The notes under the pieces: model-generated
Told to the model about the DNA's origin: nothing
What the model saw: the letters and a program-made list of their open reading frames with translations, nothing else
Database searches by the model: none
Made by a program: the position numbers and the translations under genes
Part shown: one piece after another, positions 49,101 through 59,076 of the stretch
Numbering within the stretch: the first letter of the stretch is position 1
Layout: every line of letters starts with the position of its first letter
DNA from: a bacterium
GTDB taxonomy: Bacteria > Bdellovibrionota_C > UBA2361 > CALJRW01
Direction of reading: 5' to 3'
Length of the DNA stretch: 64,000 nucleotides
NCBI GenBank assembly: GCA_031385045.1
Contig: JANNBC010000048.1
Span: forward strand, 32,001 to 96,000

Positions 49101-49230
49101 AATTTATGGTGATTTTGATATAATTAGTAACAGCACTAAGTTACTTAGTTATGCTAGTTAAAAAATAACTGTTACCATTTCTTTAATTTTTAGTAAGCGT
49201 TCAGGTAGTCATTATAAAGAAAGATCAAAT

Positions 49231-49302
49231 CCCCTTTAAGGGGTCAATTTACGAAGTAAATTGGGGGTAGCTTGGTCCTCCCGTAGCTTTAGCGAAGGGG
49301 GA
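49231..49302. repeat. cluster of short palindromes (REP-like)
   Basis: CCCCTTTAAGGGG, CAATTTAC-GAA-GTAAATTG, and TCCTCCCGTAGCTTTAGCGAAGGGGGA. Confidence 0.5.
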
Positions 49303-49310
49303 GAGACGAC

Positions 49311-49421
49311 TAGCCGTTCACACCACTGGACAAAATCGTTCAGATTTTGACAAAGAAACAGCTGGATCTGCTTTCTTTGAGCATCTTGGCAAAAGACTTT
49401 TACCTAACACGTGAACGGCTA
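49311..49421. mobile_element. 111-bp MITE-like element with 11-bp terminal inverted repeats
   Basis: TAGCCGTTCAC ... GTGAACGGCTA enclosing three internal hairpins. No transposase nearby. Confidence 0.5.
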
Positions 49422-49547
49422 TAATTTTTACGCATCAGTTATAATAGACTAACTAGCTGTAATTACTACTAATCTGACAAGGGCATTAGCAACCATGGAG
49501 TATTTCGCTATCGATCAGACTTGTAGCACTATGCTATAATACTGTTT

Positions 49548-50159
49548 ATGAGAAAATTTCCGATACTCTTACTCCTAATTAGTAATCTTGCCATGGCAGA
49601 GATTTATAATTGCAATGGAACTTGGTCTAACAAACCTTGCCCTGAAGGGGGAGCACTTGAATCAATCGTAGAAATCAAACGAGCGCCTCAAACTCCTGAG
49701 GAGATATCGGCTAGTCAAAAGAAAATGATTGTTCACGATCTCCAAACTCTTAAATTTAATGCGGAACGCGAAACTGGATTAATGTTTGTTATTTCTGATA
49801 TCCTAGCAATTTGTAATAGTCAGGACGCCACCCTAGAGGACTGCACAGAAAAGGCTAATCAGAAAGTTGATAGTATTACGAAGTCGCTTACTGATGTTAA
49901 AATTAGTCGTGAAAATAATAAGACAAAAAAGCCTGAAGATCAGCAGGTAAGCGATCCCACAACTGATAAAAACGTCTCAATTACAGTAGTTGAAAACCGC
50001 GACCCCTACTACAAACGCTTTCCATGGTATCGACCTACTCGACCAAAACCATTCCCAACAAGTGAGCCAGATCGACCTGTTATTCAGCCACCAGTAACTC
50101 CTGAACCTCCAGTGAAACAACCAGGGAAGCAAAGTGGTGGTGGAATTGGAATTAAATAA
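49548..50159 (+). CDS. secreted protein, DUF4124-like N-terminus and Pro-rich tail
   Basis: Signal peptide, then AEIYNCNGTWSNKPC. Confidence 0.65.
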   Translation: MRKFPILLLLISNLAMAEIYNCNGTWSNKPCPEGGALESIVEIKRAPQTPEEISASQKKMIVHDLQTLKFNAERETGLMFVISDILAICNSQDATLEDCTEKANQKVDSITKSLTDVKISRENNKTKKPEDQQVSDPTTDKNVSITVVENRDPYYKRFPWYRPTRPKPFPTSEPDRPVIQPPVTPEPPVKQPGKQSGGGIGIK

Positions 50160-50165
50160 GACTAA

Positions 50166-51368
50166 TTAGTTATCAGAAAAAACTTCTTCTAAAAGTTGCT
50201 TATAACTTTGTGGATGATGAAACTCAGGTTCTTCACGATTGTTTAATAAATGTACTGTTTCATTATATCCCCGCTCAATTAAACCTTGAATGTAATCAGG
50301 ATCAAGGGCGACATAGGATAATGTTTCATAGGCGACTTCTTCCCCTAATCTATTCTTTAAAATCTTAAAAATTGGCCAGATTGGGCCTACCGCACCAATA
50401 AACTTTCGAGACGAAGTATTTACAGAATTTTTTAAAAGTTCCCCCAGTGGTTTACGACAACGGATCACAAAAGTTTCCGGTGGTCGTAGACAAAAAGTCT
50501 TTTCTTGCGCTTCAACTTCCCAAGATGGACGTGTATCTAAAGAACTATTCTGGCGATTTAACCACCAATCTCTTCCGGAAATATCAATTGAGATAATTCG
50601 CTCTGCTCCCATCCGCACAGCTGGATCAACTGGAACATTCTGAGAAATACCACCATCAACTAAGCGCACAGTTCCTTCCTTGGTATCAAGTTCAACTGGT
50701 GGCAAGACAGAAGGTAGAGCTGCTGAGGCAAATCCATGCTTAGCCTGTAAAGAATCTACATAACAAACATCAAAACTTGCTCCTAACATCGCCGGTGACT
50801 CCAGCTCTTTATGAGAACTAACAAATAATAATGGTCGACGAGTCTCCCCCTCGATTGTTGTCATTACTCCAACAGACTCTAATTGCGACAAACGGTTATT
50901 AGGATGAAGTCCGCCATGATCATTAATGACTTGATCCACTCGCTCCATTAATGGTCGAGGATTAAAAATTGATTCGGTATTAGAATTAGGGCCGGGATTT
51001 AAAGATTGGATAGCGGCAACTTTGATTGCTCGAAAAAAAGAAGCTGAAGGACTGTCGGCAAAGGTATTACGAAAAGTTCGCTCCTTCCAAAGCTCCTCGG
51101 TAACTTCTACGGCATGAGCAATTCCCTCTTTTAAACAAGCACTAATCAATAAACCATTAATGGCTCCAAGGCTGGAACCAATCACTACCTTAATTGGATT
51201 ATGTTCTTGATCTTGTAGATAGGGGATTAGGGCCTTTAATGCACCAATTTGATAAGCTGCCCTACTTCCACCACCCGATAAAACTAAGCCGATAGCTCCT
51301 GCTCTTGTTGACCAGGGTGTTTTGTTTAAAATTGCTTTTTCTTGAAGATTTCTTGGGTGACGTCGCAT
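50166..51368 (-). CDS. patatin-like phospholipase
   Basis: LSGGGSRAAYQIG, GSSLG nucleophile, SAALP, DGG. Confidence 0.92.
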   Translation of the reverse strand: MRRHPRNLQEKAILNKTPWSTRAGAIGLVLSGGGSRAAYQIGALKALIPYLQDQEHNPIKVVIGSSLGAINGLLISACLKEGIAHAVEVTEELWKERTFRNTFADSPSASFFRAIKVAAIQSLNPGPNSNTESIFNPRPLMERVDQVINDHGGLHPNNRLSQLESVGVMTTIEGETRRPLLFVSSHKELESPAMLGASFDVCYVDSLQAKHGFASAALPSVLPPVELDTKEGTVRLVDGGISQNVPVDPAVRMGAERIISIDISGRDWWLNRQNSSLDTRPSWEVEAQEKTFCLRPPETFVIRCRKPLGELLKNSVNTSSRKFIGAVGPIWPIFKILKNRLGEEVAYETLSYVALDPDYIQGLIERGYNETVHLLNNREEPEFHHPQSYKQLLEEVFSDN

Positions 51369-51383
51369 AATTAATTTAGTAGT

Positions 51384-51411
51384 GTATCGCTGCTGTAAAC
51401 ATTTCTACTTA
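51384..51411 (-). promoter_or_regulatory. putative sigma28-like promoter
   Basis: Minus strand reads TAAG-N16-AGCGATAC upstream of the patatin gene. Confidence 0.25.
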
Positions 51412-51454
51412 CTGTTAGGATGCACCTAACTGAACATTTTATTTAAACAAATTC

Positions 51455-53173
51455 ATGAAAAGGCATAATTCTGCGACAATTCTCCTTCTTACTTTCATTA
51501 TATTAGCTTTATTAGCGTGTGGGAAGAAAAAAACTGAAAATGAAACTAACTCTTCTAATCTAAAGGAAAAGGTAACGGATCTATTTGACACCTCCTCAGA
51601 AGAACAAGCACTTTTAGAAAAACTACCTGCCAACACCCTATTTTATGGCTTTGTTGATTTAGAAAACCCTAAATATCAATCATTTCTAAAAAGCCCTTTT
51701 GCCAAATATGGAAATGTTTTTGAAAGTATTAGCAAAGGTGTCAGCAGTCCTGGCCTAAAAGGCAAAGACAAATTAGTGACAGAGATTCTAGCCAAGTTCT
51801 CTGATCAAGAAGGCAAGAATGTTCTTAGCCTCTATCGCCAGTCAGCAGACCGAGTTAGCAGTTACCTATTCTTTATTGCTGGAGATACCGCACAAGATTT
51901 AAGCTTTAATACCTTTGCTTACTCCAAAGATAAAAAATATTTTATCAACAACTTTGAACAGCTGACTCAAGAATTTAGCACCGCTGGATTATCTCTAGAC
52001 CCAGCAGCGGAAGAACTTAAAATTGGATCTCAAGGGAAAAGTTTTAATATTCCGGATACAACTTCTCAATTGCATGTGATTGCTGATGAAAATTTCCTAG
52101 CACTTAGTTCTTCAAAGACTGCCGCTAGTAGATTATTTACCAAACAAGAAGCTAGTGATCGATTTGACTACAAAAATAATCTACCAAAAGAGTTACAAGA
52201 TAATATCAGCGGTCAGCCAATTCTTTTTGCGGTAGCAAACTTTGAGCGTATTTTACAACTAGTTCCAGGCCTTGGATTAATCAATCCAAAGTACAAACAA
52301 TTGTTAAATTTAATCCCCAGACAAGCGCTATTTACTAGTGACTTTAACGAAACTCCTGAAAGTAAATTAAGTTTTCATCTTCCAGCAGCCTCACTGCCAG
52401 TTAACTTACAAGGCGCCCTTTCCGGTAGCTCAGCTAAGGCTTGGGAAACTTTTTCAGCCAGCACTTTCTTAGGATTTAATCTAAATCTTGGATTTATTAA
52501 AAAGGTTTTAAGGTTTCTAACTACAGATGTGCTTGATCCAACAAATGTAATGCAAACTAAAACTCTGACTGAAGCTGGTAATTACTTACCAGAAAATGGC
52601 GAGCTTGGAGTTGCCTTAACAAATTTTAACATTACTGGATTTCCGGATTTGCAACTAACAGTACCGTTAACTAATGCCCTAGAAAAAATTGCCCTAGTTA
52701 AAAGCTTAATCGCTAGTCAAAAAAGTGCTGGAATGGGTAATATGGAATGGCAAGAGAAGTTAATTGCAGAACAACCAGCAGAGTACATTGTGACACCATT
52801 TGGAATTGGCTTATACATTAATACTAATGGTGATCAGGTAAAAATTGGAACCTCAGAAACTGCCTTAAAAGAATTGATTGCACCAAGTGCAACTCTACTG
52901 AGCTCACTAGATCCAAAGCTACAGTTTGCTCCAAACAATACAATCTTCAGCTTTTACCTAGACTACGCCAAGCTCTATCGCGTAGCACAAAGTTTTAGGA
53001 GTATGATGTCCATGTTTATCCCACCAGATCAGGGTACTCAAATTCAGACCTTCTATCAAAAGTTAGAAGAGCTTAAAAATCTTGTTGTCTTTGGTGATAG
53101 CTCTTACAAAAATGACATCCTAGAGTTTGGAGTAAAACTTCAGACTATTACTCCTCCAGCTCCTCAGAGCTAG
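51455..53173 (+). CDS. lipoprotein (DUF3352-like)
   Basis: Lipobox LLAC; LLEKLPANTLFYGFVDL start typical of DUF3352-like proteins. Confidence 0.6.
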   Translation: MKRHNSATILLLTFIILALLACGKKKTENETNSSNLKEKVTDLFDTSSEEQALLEKLPANTLFYGFVDLENPKYQSFLKSPFAKYGNVFESISKGVSSPGLKGKDKLVTEILAKFSDQEGKNVLSLYRQSADRVSSYLFFIAGDTAQDLSFNTFAYSKDKKYFINNFEQLTQEFSTAGLSLDPAAEELKIGSQGKSFNIPDTTSQLHVIADENFLALSSSKTAASRLFTKQEASDRFDYKNNLPKELQDNISGQPILFAVANFERILQLVPGLGLINPKYKQLLNLIPRQALFTSDFNETPESKLSFHLPAASLPVNLQGALSGSSAKAWETFSASTFLGFNLNLGFIKKVLRFLTTDVLDPTNVMQTKTLTEAGNYLPENGELGVALTNFNITGFPDLQLTVPLTNALEKIALVKSLIASQKSAGMGNMEWQEKLIAEQPAEYIVTPFGIGLYINTNGDQVKIGTSETALKELIAPSATLLSSLDPKLQFAPNNTIFSFYLDYAKLYRVAQSFRSMMSMFIPPDQGTQIQTFYQKLEELKNLVVFGDSSYKNDILEFGVKLQTITPPAPQS

Positions 53174-54098
53174 TTGTTAGGCTGGATTGGTTTTTCTTAA
53201 GTCCAAGAAAAACCAATCCACCAATTAGAGCTAAAACATAAGATTTAGCCCTAAGTACCAAACCCACCCCTAAGGCTTCTTCTGGTGTCGCCCCTAGTAA
53301 TGTTAAAAAATAAAAGAAGGCGCCTTCCTGTATTCCTAAACCATTGGGCGTTAAAGGAATAGCCGAAATTAATAAAACAATCGGTAAGACAACAAACATT
53401 TGTAATACTGGAGCATCCCACCAACCTACAGCCCAAGCTGCAGCCAAGGTATTCATCACTGTCAAACTATGAAAAAGAAAAGAAATCCCCAGTGTTACAA
53501 CTAGTAACTTTGGTTGTTTAAACATTAAACGGACAGCCTCTTGAAAACTAGCAAGCTTTGGAGTGAACTTTTGAAAAAACTTCCAATAAGGAAAAATGAT
53601 TTGAAAATTAAATTTTAGGGTAAAAATAATGATAGCACTGAGGACTAGTGAAATAAGTAATAAAATATAAGAAACCTTTGGTGCTAATCCTGTTAACCAA
53701 GGCAAAGCTAAAAGTGCCAACAAGAGCATGGCAATAAAACCACTTAAACGCTCCATAAAGGTTGCTGCTAAACTTTTAGAGCGAGATTGCTTATCTGTAA
53801 TTAAAAGACTTCGGGCCAAGTCTCCGCCGACAAAGGATGGTAACAATAAATTTACAAAGTAACTTAGTAAATAATATCGATAAAGCTTAGCAAGACTAAC
53901 TGTAATTCCTGTCGAAGCTAAAAATATTCCCCACTTTAAAGAACTGACGTATATCATAACAAAAGAAATCAGCAGTAAAAACCCAGCTAACCCCCAAGTT
54001 ATATTTTGAAAAGCACTTACTAATTCCGAGAAATCAATAACTAAAAACAAACTTCCAAAAATGATTAATGCAAAAAGTAATTTTAAATATTTAATCAC
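53148..54098 (-). CDS. lysylphosphatidylglycerol-synthase TM / UPF0104 flippase-like membrane protein
   Basis: NLLLPSFVGGD..R, ER, IPLTPNGLGIQE. Confidence 0.85.
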   Translation of the reverse strand: MIKYLKLLFALIIFGSLFLVIDFSELVSAFQNITWGLAGFLLLISFVMIYVSSLKWGIFLASTGITVSLAKLYRYYLLSYFVNLLLPSFVGGDLARSLLITDKQSRSKSLAATFMERLSGFIAMLLLALLALPWLTGLAPKVSYILLLISLVLSAIIIFTLKFNFQIIFPYWKFFQKFTPKLASFQEAVRLMFKQPKLLVVTLGISFLFHSLTVMNTLAAAWAVGWWDAPVLQMFVVLPIVLLISAIPLTPNGLGIQEGAFFYFLTLLGATPEEALGVGLVLRAKSYVLALIGGLVFLGLKKNQSSLTTSSEELEE

Positions 54099-54102
54099 AG
54101 TA

Positions 54103-55179
54103 TTACTCTAAAACTTTTGGAACACCTTTACTAATTGTTTTCATGATAAACCCAATACCTTGAATATCTCCTTCGGCATCAAATGAATATTCACCAAAAT
54201 TACCAGTAAACTTTCGTCCCGATTTCAGCAAATCAGGGATTGTAAGCTTTTCAGAATTGGCAATTTGAATCAATCGCAAAGCTTCATAAGCAGTGATAAT
54301 TACTGAATCCAATCCCCGAACTTGGAATCCAGCTTGATAGAAACGGTTCATCGCCTGCTTACCATCTGTCGTTAAGATTCGATCAAGTGGAGTAAAATCA
54401 ACATAACTTAAACCCTCTGCCAATTCCTTGGCCTCTTCTAAAAAAGTTTTTGACCCGGGATGATAGGCTGCCAAGATTGGAATATTCCAATGCAAGCTTC
54501 GTGTAATTTTTAGTTGTTGCAAAAAATCGCCTTGGTCAATTGGATTTAGAAATAGGGCTTCTGGAATAGCATGCTTAAGTTTAACCAAGAGAGTTCTAAA
54601 ATCATTATCTCCTGGATTATAGTCAAGGTTTACAGAGTTAATTTTAGATTTTTCTAAATTAGCAAGAAAAGACTCTTTTAAATCCTGGGCATAATCACTT
54701 TGATTACTAAGTATTGCCACTGAGTGAAACTTTTGTTGCCAAACATATTCCGCAAGTTTTTTGGCAACCAACTGGTCACTTGGCGTTGTTCTAAAAATGT
54801 CTCCTGGCTGCTTTGTCACTTCAGGAGAGGAAGCACAGGTAACAAGCATTGGTATTTTCGATCGGGCATAAATTGGCGCAGTTGCAATAGCTACATTACT
54901 ACAAGTAAACCCAAGTACTAAATCTACTTTATCAATCTCAATAAATTTCTTAGCAATGCTCACCGCCTTAGAGTTATCACATTGATCATTTTCAATAATT
55001 AATTCAATCTGATTAAGCTTTAAATCTTCTTTAGCAAACTGAAAGGCATCACGCATATCATTACCCCACTGTTTCCCGGGACCAGTTAAATCAACGGAAA
55101 CACCGATTTTCAGGTATTGCTGATCTGCAAAACTAACTGTTGCAAACAAGAAACTTAATAAAAAATATCTCCAAATCAT
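54103..55179 (-). CDS. branched-chain amino-acid-type ABC substrate-binding protein
   Basis: Signal peptide, IGV...LTGP, ENDQC, G..CS, FRTTPSD, FTGNFGEYSFD. Confidence 0.85.
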   Translation of the reverse strand: MIWRYFLLSFLFATVSFADQQYLKIGVSVDLTGPGKQWGNDMRDAFQFAKEDLKLNQIELIIENDQCDNSKAVSIAKKFIEIDKVDLVLGFTCSNVAIATAPIYARSKIPMLVTCASSPEVTKQPGDIFRTTPSDQLVAKKLAEYVWQQKFHSVAILSNQSDYAQDLKESFLANLEKSKINSVNLDYNPGDNDFRTLLVKLKHAIPEALFLNPIDQGDFLQQLKITRSLHWNIPILAAYHPGSKTFLEEAKELAEGLSYVDFTPLDRILTTDGKQAMNRFYQAGFQVRGLDSVIITAYEALRLIQIANSEKLTIPDLLKSGRKFTGNFGEYSFDAEGDIQGIGFIMKTISKGVPKVLE

Positions 55180-56048
55180 TTTCTTAATTCAATTAAAATT
55201 CTTCGCGGTGCAGGCCAGCCTTCAATAGTTAAATCAGAATTAACTGGATCTAAAAATTCAGCTAGACTTTCATAAGGAGCAAGTGGACTCACTCGCTGCT
55301 CATCTAAACTAGTTTGAGACACAGAAAGCAGTCGGTGCTTAGTAAAGCCAGCTTGTTGTGTCCAACGTACCAGACCCGGAATGCTTGTTAAATGATAAAT
55401 ATTTTTCATTTTTGAATAGCGATCTGGGATTAGGATTGGCTCAATCTGATCTCCAGGTAAAACCATTGTCTCTAATAAGACACACCCATCAGGTTTTAAT
55501 GCTCGATAAAGATTATTAATAGACTGAACTGGCTCGCGCCGATGATAGAGTACTCCCATCATTAAAATCAGATCAAAAGCCTCTGGGAAATGTGGCAAAT
55601 CCTCGACTCCTTCAGTAATGTAACGCAACCGATTATCGCGAATAAAATGTGATAATAACTGATGTTGATAATGACAGTTCTTAAATGGATCAAATCCACA
55701 CACAAGCTGTGGGTTTAGGGTTAAAAGCTTAAACATGAAGTACCCGTTACTACAGCCAACATCAGCAACAGTTTTATCAGAAAGATCTGGTAAGATTGCT
55801 TTTAACCTCTCCCATTTTATATTACTTAACCATTCACTATTTAGTTCATAATCAAATAATCGGTAGGGTCCCTGCCTCCAAGAGATCATACTATTTACAG
55901 CTTGCTCCAGCGCATTATGCTGTTCCGAGCTAATTGGATTTTGAGAATAAATCTGAATGGCATCAGCTTGTAAATCAACTGACCAATTTCCATCAGCAAA
56001 AAGATCTTTGACTAAACGGATGGAAGCATTAATTAGATCGTGCTGCAT
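55176..56048 (-). CDS. cmoB: tRNA 5-carboxymethoxyuridine synthase CmoB
   Basis: WRQGPY, SEWLSNIKW, DVGCSNGY, MGVLYHRR, RYSKMKNIY, TIEGWPAPRR. Confidence 0.88.
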   Translation of the reverse strand: MQHDLINASIRLVKDLFADGNWSVDLQADAIQIYSQNPISSEQHNALEQAVNSMISWRQGPYRLFDYELNSEWLSNIKWERLKAILPDLSDKTVADVGCSNGYFMFKLLTLNPQLVCGFDPFKNCHYQHQLLSHFIRDNRLRYITEGVEDLPHFPEAFDLILMMGVLYHRREPVQSINNLYRALKPDGCVLLETMVLPGDQIEPILIPDRYSKMKNIYHLTSIPGLVRWTQQAGFTKHRLLSVSQTSLDEQRVSPLAPYESLAEFLDPVNSDLTIEGWPAPRRILIELRK

Positions 56049-57216
56049 CTTCGTAAACTTTTAATGTTAAATCCCAGGTTCGATTCCAAGTAAATTTTTG
56101 CGCTTGCAAAGGCCCTGCCACTCGATCGATCTTGCGCTGCTCCGGATTTCGAATAACCTCAAACATTTCCTTGGCATTTTGCTCTGAAGCTCTTGGATCA
56201 AGATAATGAGCAACATCACCTAGAACTTCAGGCATAGCAGAAAGTTTAGTACTAAAAACAGTTGCCCCAGCCGCCATTGCTTCTAGCGGTGTTAAACCAA
56301 AACCTTCATAGAGACTAAAAAAGCACATTGCTTCACAATTTTGGTAGAGAGTGATTAGTTCCGCATCTGCCACAAAACCAAGCTCCAGAACATCATCAAC
56401 CAAAGCAAGCTGATCAATCAAAGCTTTTAATTTAGGATATTCGCGATCCTGATTGATTCGTCCCACTAAAAAAAGTTTGGGGAAATTATTTAAAAGATGC
56501 TTCTCTTGATACAATTTTTTTAACTCCGCATAGGTCACTAACAATCCGCTAAAATTCTTTCTTGGATCTATCCCACCAACATATAATAAAAATTTAAGAT
56601 CGGCTGCTAAATTATATTTAGCAAGGATCTCGCCTAGATTTAAATTCGAGTTTTCAAAATAAACAGCATCAACACCAAGTGGCGTAACTGAAATTTTCTC
56701 AGCAGGAATTTGCAATTGGTGAATTAAATCATTCTTGGAACATTCGCTAATAGTAATAATCTGACTGGAGTTTTTTATTGCTTGAAGTTCAAAAAAACGT
56801 GCTAAATGATACCGCCAATTAGGATTATCGGCTTGATATAAATCTTTACAGACAATTGGAATCAGATCCATCACTGTCAAAATGTACGGCTTTGCACACC
56901 ACGTAGGCGCATCTGTTTGTGCTAGAAAGTGTAAATGGGAAAATTTTTTTAACTGAGCTCCAGACAATTTAAATGGATACAATAATTGCTGTTTTAAAGT
57001 TTGCCGCCCAGCAGGTGCCAAATCAATCAATTTTGCTAAACAAGAATTAGCTAATACCTCGCGATGATTAAAATATCCGTAGCTTATGGTGCTTGTATTT
57101 TTTTCTAAAAACTTTTTAAATTCTCGAGCATACTTACCAATCCCTCTAGTACTATGCTCCTTAAAGGTTGGATCAAGCGCACTAAAATCAATTCCAACTT
57201 TGAAATCTTTGATCAT
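56029..57216 (-). CDS. GT4 glycosyltransferase (WbpY/MtfB-like)
   Basis: RGIGKY, ISECSKND, GGIDPRKN, SLYEGFGLTPLEAMA. Confidence 0.9.
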   Translation of the reverse strand: MIKDFKVGIDFSALDPTFKEHSTRGIGKYAREFKKFLEKNTSTISYGYFNHREVLANSCLAKLIDLAPAGRQTLKQQLLYPFKLSGAQLKKFSHLHFLAQTDAPTWCAKPYILTVMDLIPIVCKDLYQADNPNWRYHLARFFELQAIKNSSQIITISECSKNDLIHQLQIPAEKISVTPLGVDAVYFENSNLNLGEILAKYNLAADLKFLLYVGGIDPRKNFSGLLVTYAELKKLYQEKHLLNNFPKLFLVGRINQDREYPKLKALIDQLALVDDVLELGFVADAELITLYQNCEAMCFFSLYEGFGLTPLEAMAAGATVFSTKLSAMPEVLGDVAHYLDPRASEQNAKEMFEVIRNPEQRKIDRVAGPLQAQKFTWNRTWDLTLKVYEDAARSN

Positions 57217-58277
57217 ACCAGCAGTAGTTTACTAAGATTAGTTTGAAATTTATCAAAAGATAAACTTTGTACTCTTTCTTTGCCAGCTTGAATTAATTTT
57301 TGACGAAGCTCTTGATTGGTATGAACTTCTTCAATTAATGCCGCAATCTTTAAATGATCTTTCTCATTAACTAATAAGCCACCTGCTCCAATCGTATCTG
57401 GGAGTGCCGAAGAGGCATAGGCAATAACTGGTAAGCCAAAATGCATTGCCTCAACAACCGGCAAACAAAATCCTTCATGCTCACTCATGCAAAGATAGAC
57501 TGATGAATTTTCATATAATGCTTTTAGTTCGGAATCTGCAAAGCAACCAACAAAGTTAACTTCTTTTTCTAGTCCAAGAAAGTACACCAAGCGTTTTAAA
57601 CTAAAGGAATAAATCTCTGTATCAATATCAATTCCTGGCAACCAAAGCTTGAGTGGAATTTTTAACTTCTCTTTAATCAGATAAGCAACTTTAATAATAT
57701 CTTCAATACATTTATTAGGAGCAAAGCGACCAACATGTACTAAATGAAGACAGGGATCATTTTGTAACAAGCTAGCAATTCCAGGATTTGTTTCCATCTC
57801 CCAACGCACAGGGTCTATTGGTAAATCAAGTACTTCCGCTTTAAAACCAAGCTCTGCTAGTTCACCAGCATTAAATTTAGAATCCGCAAGAATTCTATTA
57901 CTAAGACCAAGTAACTCCGGCAACTCTTTCGCACCTTGCTCAATGTCATTCGCCACTCGGGGATTAATGCCCGCGTAATACTTAGAGGGAGTAAGATTAT
58001 GATAAATTAAAACTCGCTCGGCAGCAGTAAGTGATCGATATAAATCATTTAAAGGTGATCCTAAGGAGTAATGTAGGATAATTTGCCCCTTAAAGTCTGT
58101 GGCAAGTTGCTGGTAAGGAATGGTTAAGCCTTTTAGTTTTGGATGCTCATTAATCGCATAAATCTTAGAATCGCATCCGGCCTGGAGCAGTGCTCGTTGC
58201 ATAGCCAAAACCTCCCCCGAAATAGCATCGCCGTAACTTAAGGTATGAACTAATTGGTGAATTGATTTTTGACTCAT
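57213..58277 (-). CDS. GT4 glycosyltransferase
   Basis: GDAIS, YHNLTP, VGRFAPNK, SEHEGFCLPVVEAM. Confidence 0.9.
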   Translation of the reverse strand: MSQKSIHQLVHTLSYGDAISGEVLAMQRALLQAGCDSKIYAINEHPKLKGLTIPYQQLATDFKGQIILHYSLGSPLNDLYRSLTAAERVLIYHNLTPSKYYAGINPRVANDIEQGAKELPELLGLSNRILADSKFNAGELAELGFKAEVLDLPIDPVRWEMETNPGIASLLQNDPCLHLVHVGRFAPNKCIEDIIKVAYLIKEKLKIPLKLWLPGIDIDTEIYSFSLKRLVYFLGLEKEVNFVGCFADSELKALYENSSVYLCMSEHEGFCLPVVEAMHFGLPVIAYASSALPDTIGAGGLLVNEKDHLKIAALIEEVHTNQELRQKLIQAGKERVQSLSFDKFQTNLSKLLLV

Positions 58278-58299
58278 CGTTTAATTTGAAACTCTCTAA

Positions 58300-59076
58300 C
58301 TATAGACATTCCGCAAATGTTTCTCTGTTTTTTAGGTAGGTATTTTTGCCTAAAATATAGATCAAAACCCCGAATAAAAACACAACTGAAATATTCCAAA
58401 GAGGTGGCCACTTACCATCAATTAAAATAGCGTGATAAGACTCAATTAATAAAGCAATTGGATTAAAATCAATTGTAAAACGATACTGTTCCGGAACTGT
58501 AGTAACTGGATAAATAATCGGACAAAGAAAGAATAATAGATTAAAGACATTTCCTAATAAATGCTGAATATCTCGATAGAAAACATTTAAGGAAGCAAAA
58601 AAAAGTGCTAAGCCATACATTAATCCTAATTGTAAAAGAATGATTAACGGTAGCGCAAATATCTTTTCAGTTAGTGGAATTTTATAAATAAAGATGAAGA
58701 TAAACAACAAAATTAGTGATAACAGGTAATGCACCAAGTTAGTTAAAATTGCGACTGCTGGTAAAATCTGCGGAGGAAACATTGATTTTGTAATTAGGCT
58801 GCCACCAGAACTAATTGAACTAGTAGCTTCAATCAAACCTGAGTTAAACCAAGTCCATGGCAGTAATCCACAAAAAAGATAAACACTATAATTATCATTT
58901 GAATCTAGTCGGGCATAATACTTAAAAACTAAGGTATAAATTAGCATGAATAAAAGCGGATTGAGAAATGACCATAGAAATCCAAGTGTTGACCCACGAT
59001 AGCGACTCGCTAATTGACGCCCCACCAGCGCTAGAATTAAACCACGATATTTAATTAGTTCTGCAAAAATACTCAT
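58300..59076 (-). CDS. wzm: polysaccharide ABC transporter permease Wzm
   Basis: RYRGSTLGFLWSFLNPL, YRDI, PIIYP, NP motifs. Confidence 0.9.
   Translation of the reverse strand: MSIFAELIKYRGLILALVGRQLASRYRGSTLGFLWSFLNPLLFMLIYTLVFKYYARLDSNDNYSVYLFCGLLPWTWFNSGLIEATSSISSGGSLITKSMFPPQILPAVAILTNLVHYLLSLILLFIFIFIYKIPLTEKIFALPLIILLQLGLMYGLALFFASLNVFYRDIQHLLGNVFNLLFFLCPIIYPVTTVPEQYRFTIDFNPIALLIESYHAILIDGKWPPLWNISVVFLFGVLIYILGKNTYLKNRETFAECL

Noticed and set aside
49311..49421. tRNA gene
   Set aside because: Branched fold, but no GTTCRA T-loop, wrong stem lengths and no CCA end.
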